NCBI GenBank assembly: GCA_030390025.1
Contig: CM059432.1
Location: 114,516,001 to 114,580,000 of the forward strand
Direction: 5' to 3'
Length of the DNA: 64,000 nt
DNA from: Squalus acanthias
Lineage: Eukaryota
Shown: positions 35,728 through 48,700 of the stretch, piece by piece
Position numbering within the stretch: the first letter of the stretch is position 1
How the letters are laid out: every line of letters begins with the position of its first letter
Notes under the pieces: model-generated
What the model was told of the DNA's origin: nothing
Databases searched by the model: none
Seen by the model: only the letters and a program-made list of their open reading frames with translations
Made by a program: the position numbers and the translations under genes

Positions 35728-36908
35728 AAATTCCATGAGGAGTGTGTAGGTCTCCCGCCAAAACCCCCCCAGGAAAGACAACGTAATTATCAGCTGTGTA
35801 GACCATTTCACTGGCGGCTGGGGGGGGACCCTGAACTTACGATGGGAGATGGGACAATTCCCCACAGAATTTAATGATGCAATTTAAATTCTGTAGAGTA
35901 TATTCCAACTTCGATCAGAGCGTAAAATGGGTATTATTGGATTGGTCGCCCGTTATACACCCCGCCCAATTTTCCCTTGCACTGAAGTCAATGTAACTGA
36001 CTTGAGCAGTGTAATGGGAAAATAGTGCCCATTTTATGCCCCCGCCGAAGTTGACAGTTCCGTCCAGTGATTCTATGCTCCTATCTGGGCCTCTTGTTTG
36101 ACAGAATGGTGGGTCAGAGACATTACTACAACAATGCATTGCTAATTCTCTGATCCGGGCTCTTGTTGAACAAGAGCTCCTGCTTGCAATGCGTAATCAC
36201 TGAGCGTATCTTTATAGGTATCAGCTGTAGTCTACAAAACAACTATCCAACAGCTATTTTCTACAAACCTATTTATAACAAATGAAGCAAATTTCATAGC
36301 TGACACCCTTTACCTGTCCTCATATATATTAACACATTTCAAAAGCACAAGCGCAGTTATAAATTTTAAAACTTTCTAAAGCAACATATAAATATAATAT
36401 TTTATAGTGATTTTGCATGGGATTTTTTTTCCCACAAAAAGTTCCTGTGGATCAATCAATTTAAGCACTTGTTCCAACAAACTTCCCAAAGGAACTCAGG
36501 AATCACTGAACCTCACCATGTCGCAATTCCACTTTATTTATCTTACCAATTTCATTCAATCTAAGTATGAGTGCGTTTAGTTTCATCTGCACCCCCTCTA
36601 CAATTTACAGTTCACTTATAACCGAGCTGTAAATCACACACTAATGATGTGCTAACTTTATAATCCAGATTCTAAATCCAAATAGGTAAAGGGCCAAGGG
36701 CCATAATGTAGGACAACACCAAGGTTGAAAAGAGAATGAAAGAAAACTGGGATAAATCAAGCTGTAGTGGTTAAGTCATGTCAAATACAGGTTTGTACAT
36801 GTTTGGAGGATGAAAAGACTGAAGGAGGTAAGGAGTTCCCCAGTTCTTGAGAAAGAATAAGATAGAATGGGAGATGATGCAGTAAGTCCTGATTTCAGCA
36901 GAGCTCAC

Positions 36909-38036
36909 CCTACACGGAGAAGGAGGAGTATGCAGGACTTTGTATTTAGAGCTTTGTATTAACAAGAGCAAAGTGTAGAGGCACAATGACGATAGTAGTA
37001 CTGATAAAATAGAAAGAGACAACAGAGGTTAGGAAATTCTAAATTGGAATATTTACACAAACCAAATATGGCAAAATCAAACTTACATCAGCATCAGAGC
37101 TAATGAAGAGGTGTTCCAATGAGGGATCTAATTTATATCATTTTTAATATGGTAACCCTACTTATATTAATGGCCTAATTCTGTATAAACTGGGTATTTA
37201 ATAGGAGATATACATAAAATAATTCAGGACAAATTAAACTAGTGTATTAGTAACTCTTTGAACATCAGCAATTAAATTACGATGTTTCAATTTATTTAGG
37301 CAACTAGCAGGTCTTCCATGGCATTGCTCATAGTGAGTTGGGGGCTATGTTGTTTTATAATGACAGGACAATAGTTTTTAATACTTTTTAAGCAGGCTAA
37401 TGGGGATTTGGGCCACAGCGCTAAAGTTTTTATTTTTCACCAAACAGTGGACAGCCAGGCAGCAGGGGCCAAGGCAACGGGGCTGAAGTTTTATTTATTT
37501 TTTGAAGGGGACAGTCAGGGGAGCATGGAGTGGGTTTCAGGAACTAAGTGCGATTTGTTTTCAGGGGCAGCCAACGAGAGGAGAGTGGAGCCACAGGCCA
37601 ATGGTGGATTTTTTAAGTGGGCAACCAGCACAGTGAACATGGTGCACGGCCCTGGGCCCTAAGCTTACATTTTTGTTGGGAGCCAGCGGTGGACTGGAGT
37701 GGGGGTGGCGCAGGACCGATGATACTTTTTTTCCCCAGGCAGCCAGTGGGGAGCAGGGAAACTGTAAGGTGGATGAATAATGGGGACTGAGGTGGAGGTA
37801 AGAAAGGCATGGAGAGATGAAGAGCAGCAGTGCAAGTAGAAAGAGTCGGAGCCACAGCAGTGGAGCATCTTTTATATTCAGCGCTTCTTTGCTTCAGCCT
37901 CAGTCTAAAATTTAACTTACGATAAAGAATAGAAAAGTGAAAGCATCTAATGGCCCACTGCGTAGGCTTTCAAATGTAAGAATGTAGCGAGCACACTTGG
38001 GTGACTTGTGCCACAGCACCACCAGTGGTAGGAACA
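36909..38036 (-). other. Cluster of three candidate exons (38036-37921, 37127-37087, 37000-36909)
   Basis: AG/GTAAGT or GTGAGC boundaries; the short intron 37086-37001 has a CTAAC branch-like site and a pyrimidine tract. Frames do not chain to the downstream exons without a stop. Confidence 0.25.
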
Positions 38037-38051
38037 CTGAAATGCAACAAA

Positions 38052-38302
38052 AGAAAGAAAGGAAGACGTGCATTTATATAGCGCCTTTCATGACCACTGG
38101 ACGTCCTAAAGCGCTTTACAGCCAATGAAGTACTTTTTGAAGTGTAGTCACATTTGTAATGTAGGAAACACGGCAGCCAATTTGCGCACAGTAAATTCCC
38201 ACAATCAGCAATGTGATAATGACCAGATAATCTGTTTTTTGTTATGTTGATTGAGGGATAAATATTGGCTAGGACACCGGGGATAACTCCCCTGCTCTTC
38301 TT
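38052..38302 (-). mobile_element. 5'-truncated Deu-domain SINE (same family as 27090-27566)
   Basis: Near-identical to ~27100-27343. Confidence 0.88.
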
Positions 38303-38432
38303 CATAATTTTAACAAGTATTATCGAGTTAACCAATGAAAGTAATATAAGCAGGCATTACTTCTGGAGTTACCATGACAAAATCATGACACAAAAAATAA
38401 GAACGGAAGTGCTCATAGTTACAAGAAAATTA

Positions 38433-39325
38433 GGGGTAGAAATTAGGTCGCGCCCCATTTGGGGCGCAAATATCGTCCGGACGCAAATATTAGCGCCTGG
38501 CGCTAATTATCGGCACTGACGGGAAACTTCACTTTTACCGCCCCGGGAGGTGAGTGGAGCGCTAAAGCAGGCGCTGCACACCTCTCTTAAGGCGCAAAGG
38601 CCGAGCAGTGAGGCGCTAACTCGGAGCGCTGGCGAAGCTCATGTAATGTCAGTCAGCAATGGAACACACACACAATGGCACGGGCCAATTCTTAAAGGGG
38701 ATGGTTAATCTTGCTTTCCATCCACATCCTGTTCATTGCTGCCTTGAATCTCGGCCTGGAGAGACTTGCACATCAAATGTGCTGGAAAGAACAATGGAGA
38801 GCACCAGGCAAAGAGCTCAGAGTGCAGCTCCCACGGTCTCTGCTAAATCGATACAAGGAATGGCAAATCAAAATGAACCTGCAAAGTGCTGCTCAGTACC
38901 CAAAACTCCTTCACACAACGTTGAATCTCTCCAGAAGTCTCTCCCTCTCTCTCTCAGAATGCGTAGTTCAAAAATGCCACCAACAATAAAAGACAGGAAG
39001 AGGCCCCCTTTAAATAGCGCCCCCCCCAGCCCCACAGCGATTGATAGCGTTCCAGTCTTCTGGTCGTTGGAAGCGCCAGGCGGTAAGGCAGGGGGCGCCA
39101 CTCAATTTCCGCTACGGGGCGACCCAAGGGCGTTGCACCATGGAATGACGTCACAATCTGCGCGCGCAGGTGGTCGCAGCGGTAAGTTTTAGCGCCGCCG
39201 CACAATCTCAAGTTAAGTTCTCGAGCGGCGCAAACATCGCTGCGCCCGGGCGTTAGCGGCTTTGCGCCCCATTAGCGCCCTCTTAAGGCGCTAACGGGTG
39301 GCGCAACCAAGTGAATTTTTACCCC
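38433..39325. mobile_element. Non-autonomous PIF/Harbinger element, family A copy 3 (893 bp, uninterrupted)
   Basis: TIR GGGGTAGAAATT / AATTTTTACCCC with a perfect TTA duplication (38430-38432, 39326-39328). Confidence 0.92.
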
Positions 39326-39776
39326 TTAATCTTTTATAGATATATTGTGAATTTAAAAAAGTTACATGAATTATTGCACTTCTGCACCAACATTTACAAG
39401 TATTGTTTTAGCAGATACACTACAAAACTTTTTAAAACTACACTGTAGTTTACCAGCACAATATTTGAGAATATCAGGAAGGTGAGGTGCAGGCTTGGTT
39501 ATCATTAGTAACTGACATTTTGTTGAAACTGAGAAATCAACAAGTTCAAGTGGAGATACAACAATGTCGACTCAATTTCATTGAATGACCCAGTAATTCA
39601 AAGGAGCTGCTTCACTGTGTGGTTTTTGCAGGTAGCAAGCCTGCCCTGAAATTGACTGGAAAATTTTGCATCTGGACTATAATAGTTGCATTGTTTCCTG
39701 AAACGCAACAGGAATGAATGCTTTCTAACAGTTTGAGGTTTAGACAGAAGATTAAGGGGTATATTTTTCTTTCAAT

Positions 39777-42700
39777 GGGGCGGATTTCATCTGGTTACGA
39801 TGTGCTAGTAAAATCATAAACATGGTGGGAGGATTTCCTCTGGTTACTATATTCTAGTAATATTGTAAACATGACGGGAGGGTTTCCTCTGGTTACTATG
39901 TGCTAGTAATATTGTAAACATGGCGGGAGGATTTTCTCTGGTTACTATTTTCTAGTAATATTGTAAACATGGCGGGAGGATTTCCTCTGGTTACTATGTG
40001 CTAGTAATATTGTAAACAACGCGGGAGGATTTTCTCTGGTTACTATTTTCTAGTAATATCATAAACATGGTGGGAGGATTTCCTCTGGTTACTCTGTGCT
40101 AGTAACATTGTAAACATGAAGGGAGGATTTCCTCTGGTTACTATTTTCTAGTAATATTGTAAACATGGCGGGAGGATTTCCTCTGGTTACTATTTTCTAG
40201 TAATATTGTAAACATGGCGGCAGGATTTCCTCTGTTTACTATTTTCCAGTAATATTGTAAACATGGCAGCTGGATTTCCTCTGGTTACTATTTTCTAGTA
40301 ATATTGTAAACATGGCAGCTGGATTTCCTCTGGTTACTATTTTCTAGTAATATTGTAAACATGACGGGAGGATTACCTCCGGTTACTATGTGCTCGTAAT
40401 ATTGTAAACATGACGGGAGGATTTCCTCTGGTTACTATTTTCTAGTAATATTGCAAACATGGCGGGAGGGTTTCCTCTGGTTACTATTTTCTAGTAATAT
40501 TGTAAACATGGCGGGAGGGTTTCCTCTGGTTACTATTTTCTAGTAATATTGTAAACATGACGGGAGGATTTCCTCTGGTTACTATTTTCTAGTAATATTG
40601 TAAACATGACGGGAGGATTTCCTCTGGTTACTATTTTCTAGTAATATTATAAACATGACGGGAGGATTTCCTCTGGTTACTATTTTCTAGTAATATTGTA
40701 AACATGGCGGGAGGGTTTCCTCTGGTTACTATTTTCTAGTAATATTGTAAACATGGTGGCAGGATTTCCTCTGGTTACTATTTTCTAGTAATATTGTAAA
40801 CATGGTGGCAGGACTTCCTCTGGTTACTATTTTCTAGTAATATTGTAAACATGACGGGAGGATTTCCTCTGGTTACTGTGTGCGAGTAATATTGTAAACA
40901 TGGCGGGAGGATTTCCTCTGGTTACTATTTTCTAGTAATATTGTAAACATGGCGGGAGGATTTCCTCTGGTTACTATGTGCTAGTAATATTGTAAACATG
41001 GCGGGAGGATTTCCTCTGGTTACTATTTTCTAGTAATATTGTAAACATGGCGGGAGGATTTCCTCTGGTTACTATTTTCTAGTAATATTGTAAACATGGC
41101 GGGAGGATTTCCTCTGGATACTATGTGCGAGTAATATTGTAAACATGGCAGCAGGATTTCCTCTGGTTACTATGTGCTAGTAATATTGTAAATGTGGCGG
41201 GAGGATTTCCTCTGGTTACTATTTTCTAGTAATATCATAAACATGGTGGGAGGATTTCCTCTGGTTACTATGTGCTAGTAATATTGTAAACATGGCGGGA
41301 GGATTTCCTCTGGTTACTATTTTCTAGTAATATCATAAACATGGTGGGAGGATTTCCTCTGGTTACTATTTTCTAGTAATATCATAAACATGGTGGGAGG
41401 ATTTCCTCTGGTTACTATGTGCTAGTAATATTGTAAACATGGCGGGAGGATTTCCTCTGGTTACTATGTGCTAGTAATATTGTAAACATGGCGGGAGGAT
41501 TTCCTCTGGTTACTATGTGCTAGTAATATCATAAACATGGTGGGAGGATTTCCTCTGGTTACTATGTGCTAGTAATATTGTAAACATGGCGGGAGGGTTT
41601 CCTCTGGTTACTATGTGCTAGTGACATTGTAAACATGACGGCAGGATTTCCTCTGGTTACTATTTTCTACTAATGTTGTAAACATGACGGGAGGATTTCC
41701 TCTGGTTACTATGTGCTAGTAATATTGTAAACATGACGGCAGGATTTCCTCTGGTTACTATTTTCTACTAATATTGTAAACATGGCGGGAGGATTTCCTC
41801 TGGTTACTATTTTCTAGTAATATTGTAAACATGGCGGGAGGATTTCCTCTGGTTACTATTTTCTAGTAATATCATGAACATGGTGGGAGGATTTCCTCTG
41901 GTTACTATGTGCTAGTAATATTGTAAACATGGCGGGAGGATTTCCTCTGGTTACTATTTTCTAGTAATATTGTAAACATGACGGGAGGATTTCCTCTGGT
42001 TACTATTTTCTAGTAATATTGTAAACATGGCGGGAGGATTTCCTCTGGTTACTATGTGCTAGTAATATTGTAAACAACGCGGGAGGATTTTCTCTGGTTA
42101 CTATTTTCTAGTAATATCATAAACATGGCGGGAGGATTTCCTCTGGTTACTATTTTCTAGTAATATTGTAAACATGACGGGAGGATTTCCTCTGGTTACT
42201 ATTTTCTAGTAATATTGGAAACATGACGGGAGGATTTCCTCTGGTTACTATTTTCTAGTAATATTGTAAACATGGTGGGAGGATTTCCTCTGGTTACTAT
42301 TTTCTAGTAATATTGTAAACATGACGGGAGGATTTCCTCTGGTTACTATTTTCTAGTAATATTGTAAACATGGCGGGAGGATTTCCTCTGGTTACTATTT
42401 TCAAGTAATATTGTAAACATGGTGGGAGGATTTCCTCTGGTTACTATTTTCTAGTAATATTGTAAACATGACGGGAGGATTTCCTCTGGTTACTATTTTC
42501 TAGTAATATTGTAAACATGGTGGGAGGATTTCCTCTGGTTACGATTTTCTAGTAATATTGTAAACATGGTGGGAGGATTTCCTCTGGTTCCTATTTTCTA
42601 GTAACATTGTAAACATGGCGGCAGGATTTCCTCTGGTTACTATTTTCTAGTAATATTGTAAACATGGCGGGAGGATTTCCTCTGGTTACTATTTTCTAGT

Positions 42701-45700
42701 AATATTGTAAACATGGCGGAAGGATTTCCTCTGGTTACTATGTGCTAGTAATATTGTAAACATGGCGGGAGGGTTTCCTCTGGTTACTCTGAGCGAGTAA
42801 TATTGTAAACATGGCGGGAGGATTTCCTCTGGTTACTATTTTCTGGTAATATTGTAAACATGGCGGGAGGATTTCCTCTGGTTACTTTGTGCTAGTTATA
42901 TTGTAAACATGGCGGGAGGGTTTCCTCTGGTTACTATGTGCTAGTAATATTGTAAACATGGCGGGAGGATTTCCTCCGGTTACTATTTTCTGGTAATATT
43001 GTAAACATGACGGGAGGATTTCCTCTGTTTACTATGTGCTAGTAATATTGTAAACATGGAGGGAGGGTTTCCTCTGGTTACTAAGTGCTAGTAATATTGT
43101 AAATGTGGCGGGAGGATTTCCTCTGGTTACTATTTTCTGGTAATATTGTAAACATGACGGGAGGATTTCCTCTGGTTACTATTTTCTAGTAATATTGTAA
43201 ACATGACGGGAGGATTTCCTCTGGTTACTATGTGCTAGTAATATTGTAAACATGGCGGGAGGATTTCCTCTGGTTACTATTTTCTAGTAATATTGTAAAC
43301 ATGGCGGGAGGATTTCCTCTGGTTACTATTTTCTAGTAATATTGTAAACATGACGGGAGGATTTCCTCTGGTTACTATGTGCTAGTAATATTATAAACAT
43401 GGCGGGAGGATTTCCTCTGGTTACTATTTTCTAGTAATATTGTAAACATGGCGGCAGGATTTGCTCTGGTTACTATTTTCTAGTAATATTGTAAACATGG
43501 CGGGAGGATTTCCTCTGGTTACTATTTTCTAGTAATATTGTAAACATGGCGGCAGGATTTCCTCTGGTTACTATTTTCTAGTAATATTGTAAACATGGCG
43601 GGAGGATTTCCTCTGGTTACTATTTTCTAGTAATATTGTAAACATGACGGGAGGATTTCCTCTGGTTACTATTTTCTAGTAATATTGTAAACATGGCGGA
43701 AGGATTTCCTCTGGTTACTATGTGCTAGTAATATTGTAAACATGGCGGGAGGGTTTCCTCTGGTTACTATGTGCGAGTAATATTGTAAACATGGCGGGAG
43801 GATTTCCTCTGGTTACTATTTTCTGGTAATATTGTAAACATGGCGGGAGGATTTCCTCTGGTTACTATGTGCTAGTAATATTGTAAACATGGCGGGAGGG
43901 TTTCCTCTGGTTACTATGTGCTAGTAATATTGTAAACATGGCGGGAGGATTTCCTCCGGTTACTATTTTCTGGTAATATTGTAAACATGACGGGAGGATT
44001 TCCTCTGTTTACTATGTGCTAGTAATATTGTAAACATGACGGGAGGGTTTCCTCTGGTTACTATGTGCTAGTAATATTGTAAACATGGAGGGAGGGTTTC
44101 CTCTGGTTACTAAGTGCTAGTAATATTGTAAATGTGGCGGGAGGATTTCCTCTGGTTACTATTTTCTGGTAATATTGTAAACATGACGGGAGGATTTCCT
44201 CTGGTTACTATTTTCTAGTAATATTGTAAACATGACGGGAGGATTTCCTCTGGTTACTATGTGCTAGTAATATTGTAAACATGGCGGGAGGATTTCCTCT
44301 GGTTACTATTTTCTAGTAATATTGTAAACATGACGGGAGGATTTCCTCTGGTTACTATGTGCTAGTAATATTATAAACATGGCGGGAGGATTTCCTCTGG
44401 TTACTATTTTCTAGTAACATTGTAAACATGACGGGAGGATTTCCTCTGGTTACTATGTGCTAGTAATATTATAAACATGGCGGGAGGATTTCCTCTGGTT
44501 ACTATTTTCTAGTAATATTGTAAACATGGCGGCAGGATTTGCTCTGGTTACTATTTTCTAGTAATATCATAAACATGGCGGGAGGATTTCCTCTGGTTAC
44601 TATTTTCTAGTAATATTGTAAACATGGCAGCAGGATTTCCTCTGGTTACTCTGTGCTAGTAACATTGTAAACATGAAGGGAGGATTTCCTCTGGTTACTA
44701 TTTTCTAGTAATATTGTAAACATGGCGGGAGGATTTCCTCTGGTTACTATTTTCTAGTAATATTGTAAACATGGCGGCAGGATTTCCTCTGTTTACTATT
44801 TTCCAGTAATATTGTAAACATGGCAGCTGGATTTCCTCTGGTTACTATTTTCTAGTAATATTGTAAACATGGCAGCTGGATTTCCTCTGGTTACTATTTT
44901 CTAGTAATATTGTAAACATGACGGGAGGATTACCTCCGGTTACTATGTGCTCGTAATATTGTAAACATGACGGGAGGATTTCCTCTGGTTACTATTTTCT
45001 AGTAATATTGCAAACATGGCGGGAGGGTTTCCTCTGGTTACTATTTTCTAGTAATATTGTAAACATGGCGGGAGGGTTTCCTCTGGTTACTATTTTCTAG
45101 TAATATTGTAAACATGACGGGAGGATTTCCTCTGGTTACTATTTTCTAGTAATATTGTAAACATGACGGGAGGATTTCCTCTGGTTACTATTTTCTAGTA
45201 ATATTATAAACATGACGGGAGGATTTCCTCTGGTTACTATTTTCTAGTAATATTGTAAACATGGCGGGAGGGTTTCCTCTGGTTACTATTTTCTAGTAAT
45301 ATTGTAAACATGGTGGCAGGATTTCCTCTGGTTACTATTTTCTAGTAATATTGTAAACATGGTGGCAGGACTTCCTCTGGTTACTATTTTCTAGTAATAT
45401 TGTAAACATGACGGGAGGATTTCCTCTGGTTACTGTGTGCGAGTAATATTGTAAACATGGCGGGAGGATTTCCTCTGGTTACTATTTTCTAGTAATATTG
45501 TAAACATGGCGGGAGGATTACCTCTGGTTACTATGTGCTAGTAATATTGTAAACATGGCGTGAGGATTTCCTCTGGTTACTATTTTCTAGTAATATTGTA
45601 AACATGGCGGGAGGATTTCCTCTGGTTACTATTTTCTAGTAATATTGTAAACATGGCGGGAGGATTTCCTCTGGATACTATGTGCGAGTAATATTGTAAA

Positions 45701-48700
45701 CATGGCAGCAGGATTTCCTCTGGTTACTATGTGCGAGTAATATTGTAAATGTGGCGGGAGGATTTCCTCTGGTTACTATTTTCTAGTAATATCATAAACA
45801 TGGTGGGAGGATTTCCTCTGGTTACTATGTGCTAGTAATATTGTAAACATGGCGGGAGGATTTCCTCTGGTTACTATTTTCTAGTAATATCATAAACATG
45901 GTGGGAGGATTTCCTCTGGTTACTATTTTCTAGTAATATCATAAACATGGTGGGAGGATTTCCTCTGGTTACTATGTGCTAGTAATATTGTAAACATGGC
46001 GGGAGGATTTCCTCTGGTTACTATGTGCTAGTAATATTGTAAACATGGCGGGAGGATTTCCTCTGGTTACTATGTGCTAGTAATATCATAAACATGGTGG
46101 GAGGATTTCCTCTGGTTACTATGTGCTAGTAATATTGTAAACATGGCGGGAGGGTTTCCTCTGGTTACTATGTGCTAGTGACATTGTAAACATGACGGCA
46201 GGATTTCCTCTGGTTACTATTTTCTACTAATGTTGTAAACATGACGGGAGGATTTCCTCTGGTTACTATGTGCTAGTAATATTGTAAACATGACGGCAGG
46301 ATTTCCTCTGGTTACTATTTTCTACTAATATTGTAAACATGGCGGGAGGATTTCCTCTGGTTACTATTTTCTAGTAATATTGTAAACATGGCGGGAGGAT
46401 TTCCTCTGGTTACTATTTTCTAGTAATATCATGAACATGGTGGGAGGATTTCCTCTGGTTACTATGTGCTAGTAATATTGTAAACATGGCGGGAGGATTT
46501 CCTCTGGTTACTATTTTCTAGTAATATTGTAAACATGACGGGAGGATTTCCTCTGGTTACTATTTTCTAGTAATATTGTGAACATGGCGGGAGGATTTCC
46601 TCTGGTTACTATGTGCTAGTAATATTGTAAACAACGCGGGAGGATTTTCTCTGGTTACTATTTTCTAGTAATATCATAAACATGGCGGGAGGATTTCCTC
46701 TGGTTACTATTTTCTAGTAATATCATAAACATGGCGGGAGGATTTCCTCTGGTTACTATTTTCTAGTAATATTGTAAACATGACGGGAGGATTTCCTCTG
46801 GTTACGATTTTCTAGTAATATTGTAAACATGGTGGGAGGATTTCCTCTGGTTACTATTTTCTAGTAATATTGTAAACATGGCGGCAGGATTTCCTCTGGT
46901 TACTATTTTCTAGTAATATTGTAAACATGGCGGGAGGATTTCCTCTGGTTACTATTTTCTAGTAATATTGTAAACATGGCGGAAGGATTTCCTCTGGTTA
47001 CTATGTGCTAGTAATATTGTAAACATGGCGGGAGGGTTTCCTCTGGTTACTCTGAGCGAGTAATATTGTAAACATGGCGGGAGGATTTCCTCTGGTTACT
47101 ATGTGCTAGTAATATTGTTAACATGACGGGAGGGTTTCCTCTGGTTACTATGTGCTAGTAATATTGTAAACATCGTGGGAGGATTTCCCCTGTGCTAGTA
47201 ATATTGTAAACATGGCGGGAGGATTTCCTCTGGTTACTATTTTCTAGTAATATTGTAAACATGGCGGGATGATTTCCTCTGGTTACTATTTTCTAGTAAT
47301 ATTGTAAACATGGCGGGAGGATTTCCTCTGGTTACTATTTTCTAGTAATATTGTAAACATGGCGGCAGGATTTCCTCTGGTTACTATTTTCTAGTAATAT
47401 TGTAAACATGGCGGGAGGGTTTCCTCTGGTTACTATTTTCTAGTAATATTGTAAACATGGTGGCAGGATTTCCTCTGGTTACTATTTTCTAGTAATATTG
47501 TAAACATGGTGGCAGGATTTCCTCTGGTTACTATTTTCTAGTAATATTGTAAACATGACGGGAGGATTTCCTCTGGTTACTATGTGCGAGTAATATTGTA
47601 AACATGGCGGGAGGACTTCCTTTGGTTACTATTTTCTAGTAATATTGTAAACATGGCGGGAGGATTTCCTCTGGTTACTATGTGCGAGTAATATTGTAAA
47701 CAAGGCGGGAGGATTTCCTCTGGATACTATGTGCGAGTAATATTGTAAACATGGCAGCAGGATTTCCTCTGGTTACTATGTGCTAGTAATATTGTAAATG
47801 TGGCGGGCGGATTTCCTCTGGTTACTATGTGCTAGTAATATTGTAATCATTGCGGGAGGGTTTCCTCTGGTACTATTTTCTAGTAATATTGTAAACATGG
47901 CGGGAGGATTTCCTCTGGTTACTATGTGCTAGTAATATTATAAATATGGCGGGAGGATTTCCTCTGGTTACTATTTTCTAGTAATATCATAAACATGGTG
48001 GGAGGATTTCCTCTGGTTACTATGTGCTGGTAATATTGTAAACATGGCGGGAGGATTTCCTCTGGTTACTATTTTCTAGTAATATTGTAAACATGGCGGG
48101 AGGATTTCCTCTGGTTACTATTTTCTAGTAATATCATAAACATGACGGGAGGATTTCCTCTGGTTACTATTTTCTAGTAATATGGTAAACATGGCAGCAG
48201 GATTTCCTCTGGTTACTATTTTCTAGTAATATTGAAAACATGGCGGGAGGATTTCCTCTGGTTACTATTTTCTTGTAATATCATAAACATGGTGGGAGGA
48301 TTTCCTCTGGTTACTATGTGCTAGTAATATTGTAAACATGGCAGGAGGATTTCCTCTGGTTACTATTTTCTAGTAATATTGTAAACATGGCGGGAGGATT
48401 TCCTCTGGTTACTATTTTCTAGTAATATTGTAAAAATGGCGGGAGGATTTCCTCTGGTTACTATTTTCTAGTAATATCATAAACATGACGGGAGGATTTC
48501 CTCTGGTTACTATTTTCTAGTAATATGGTAAACATGGCAGCAGGATTTCCTCTGTTTACTATTTTCTAGTAATATTGTAAACATGGCAGCAGGATTTCCT
48601 CTGGTTACTATTTTCTAGTAATATTGAAAACATGGCGGGAGGATTTCCTCTGGTTACTATGTGCTAGTAATATTGTAAACATGGCGGGAGGATTTCCTCT

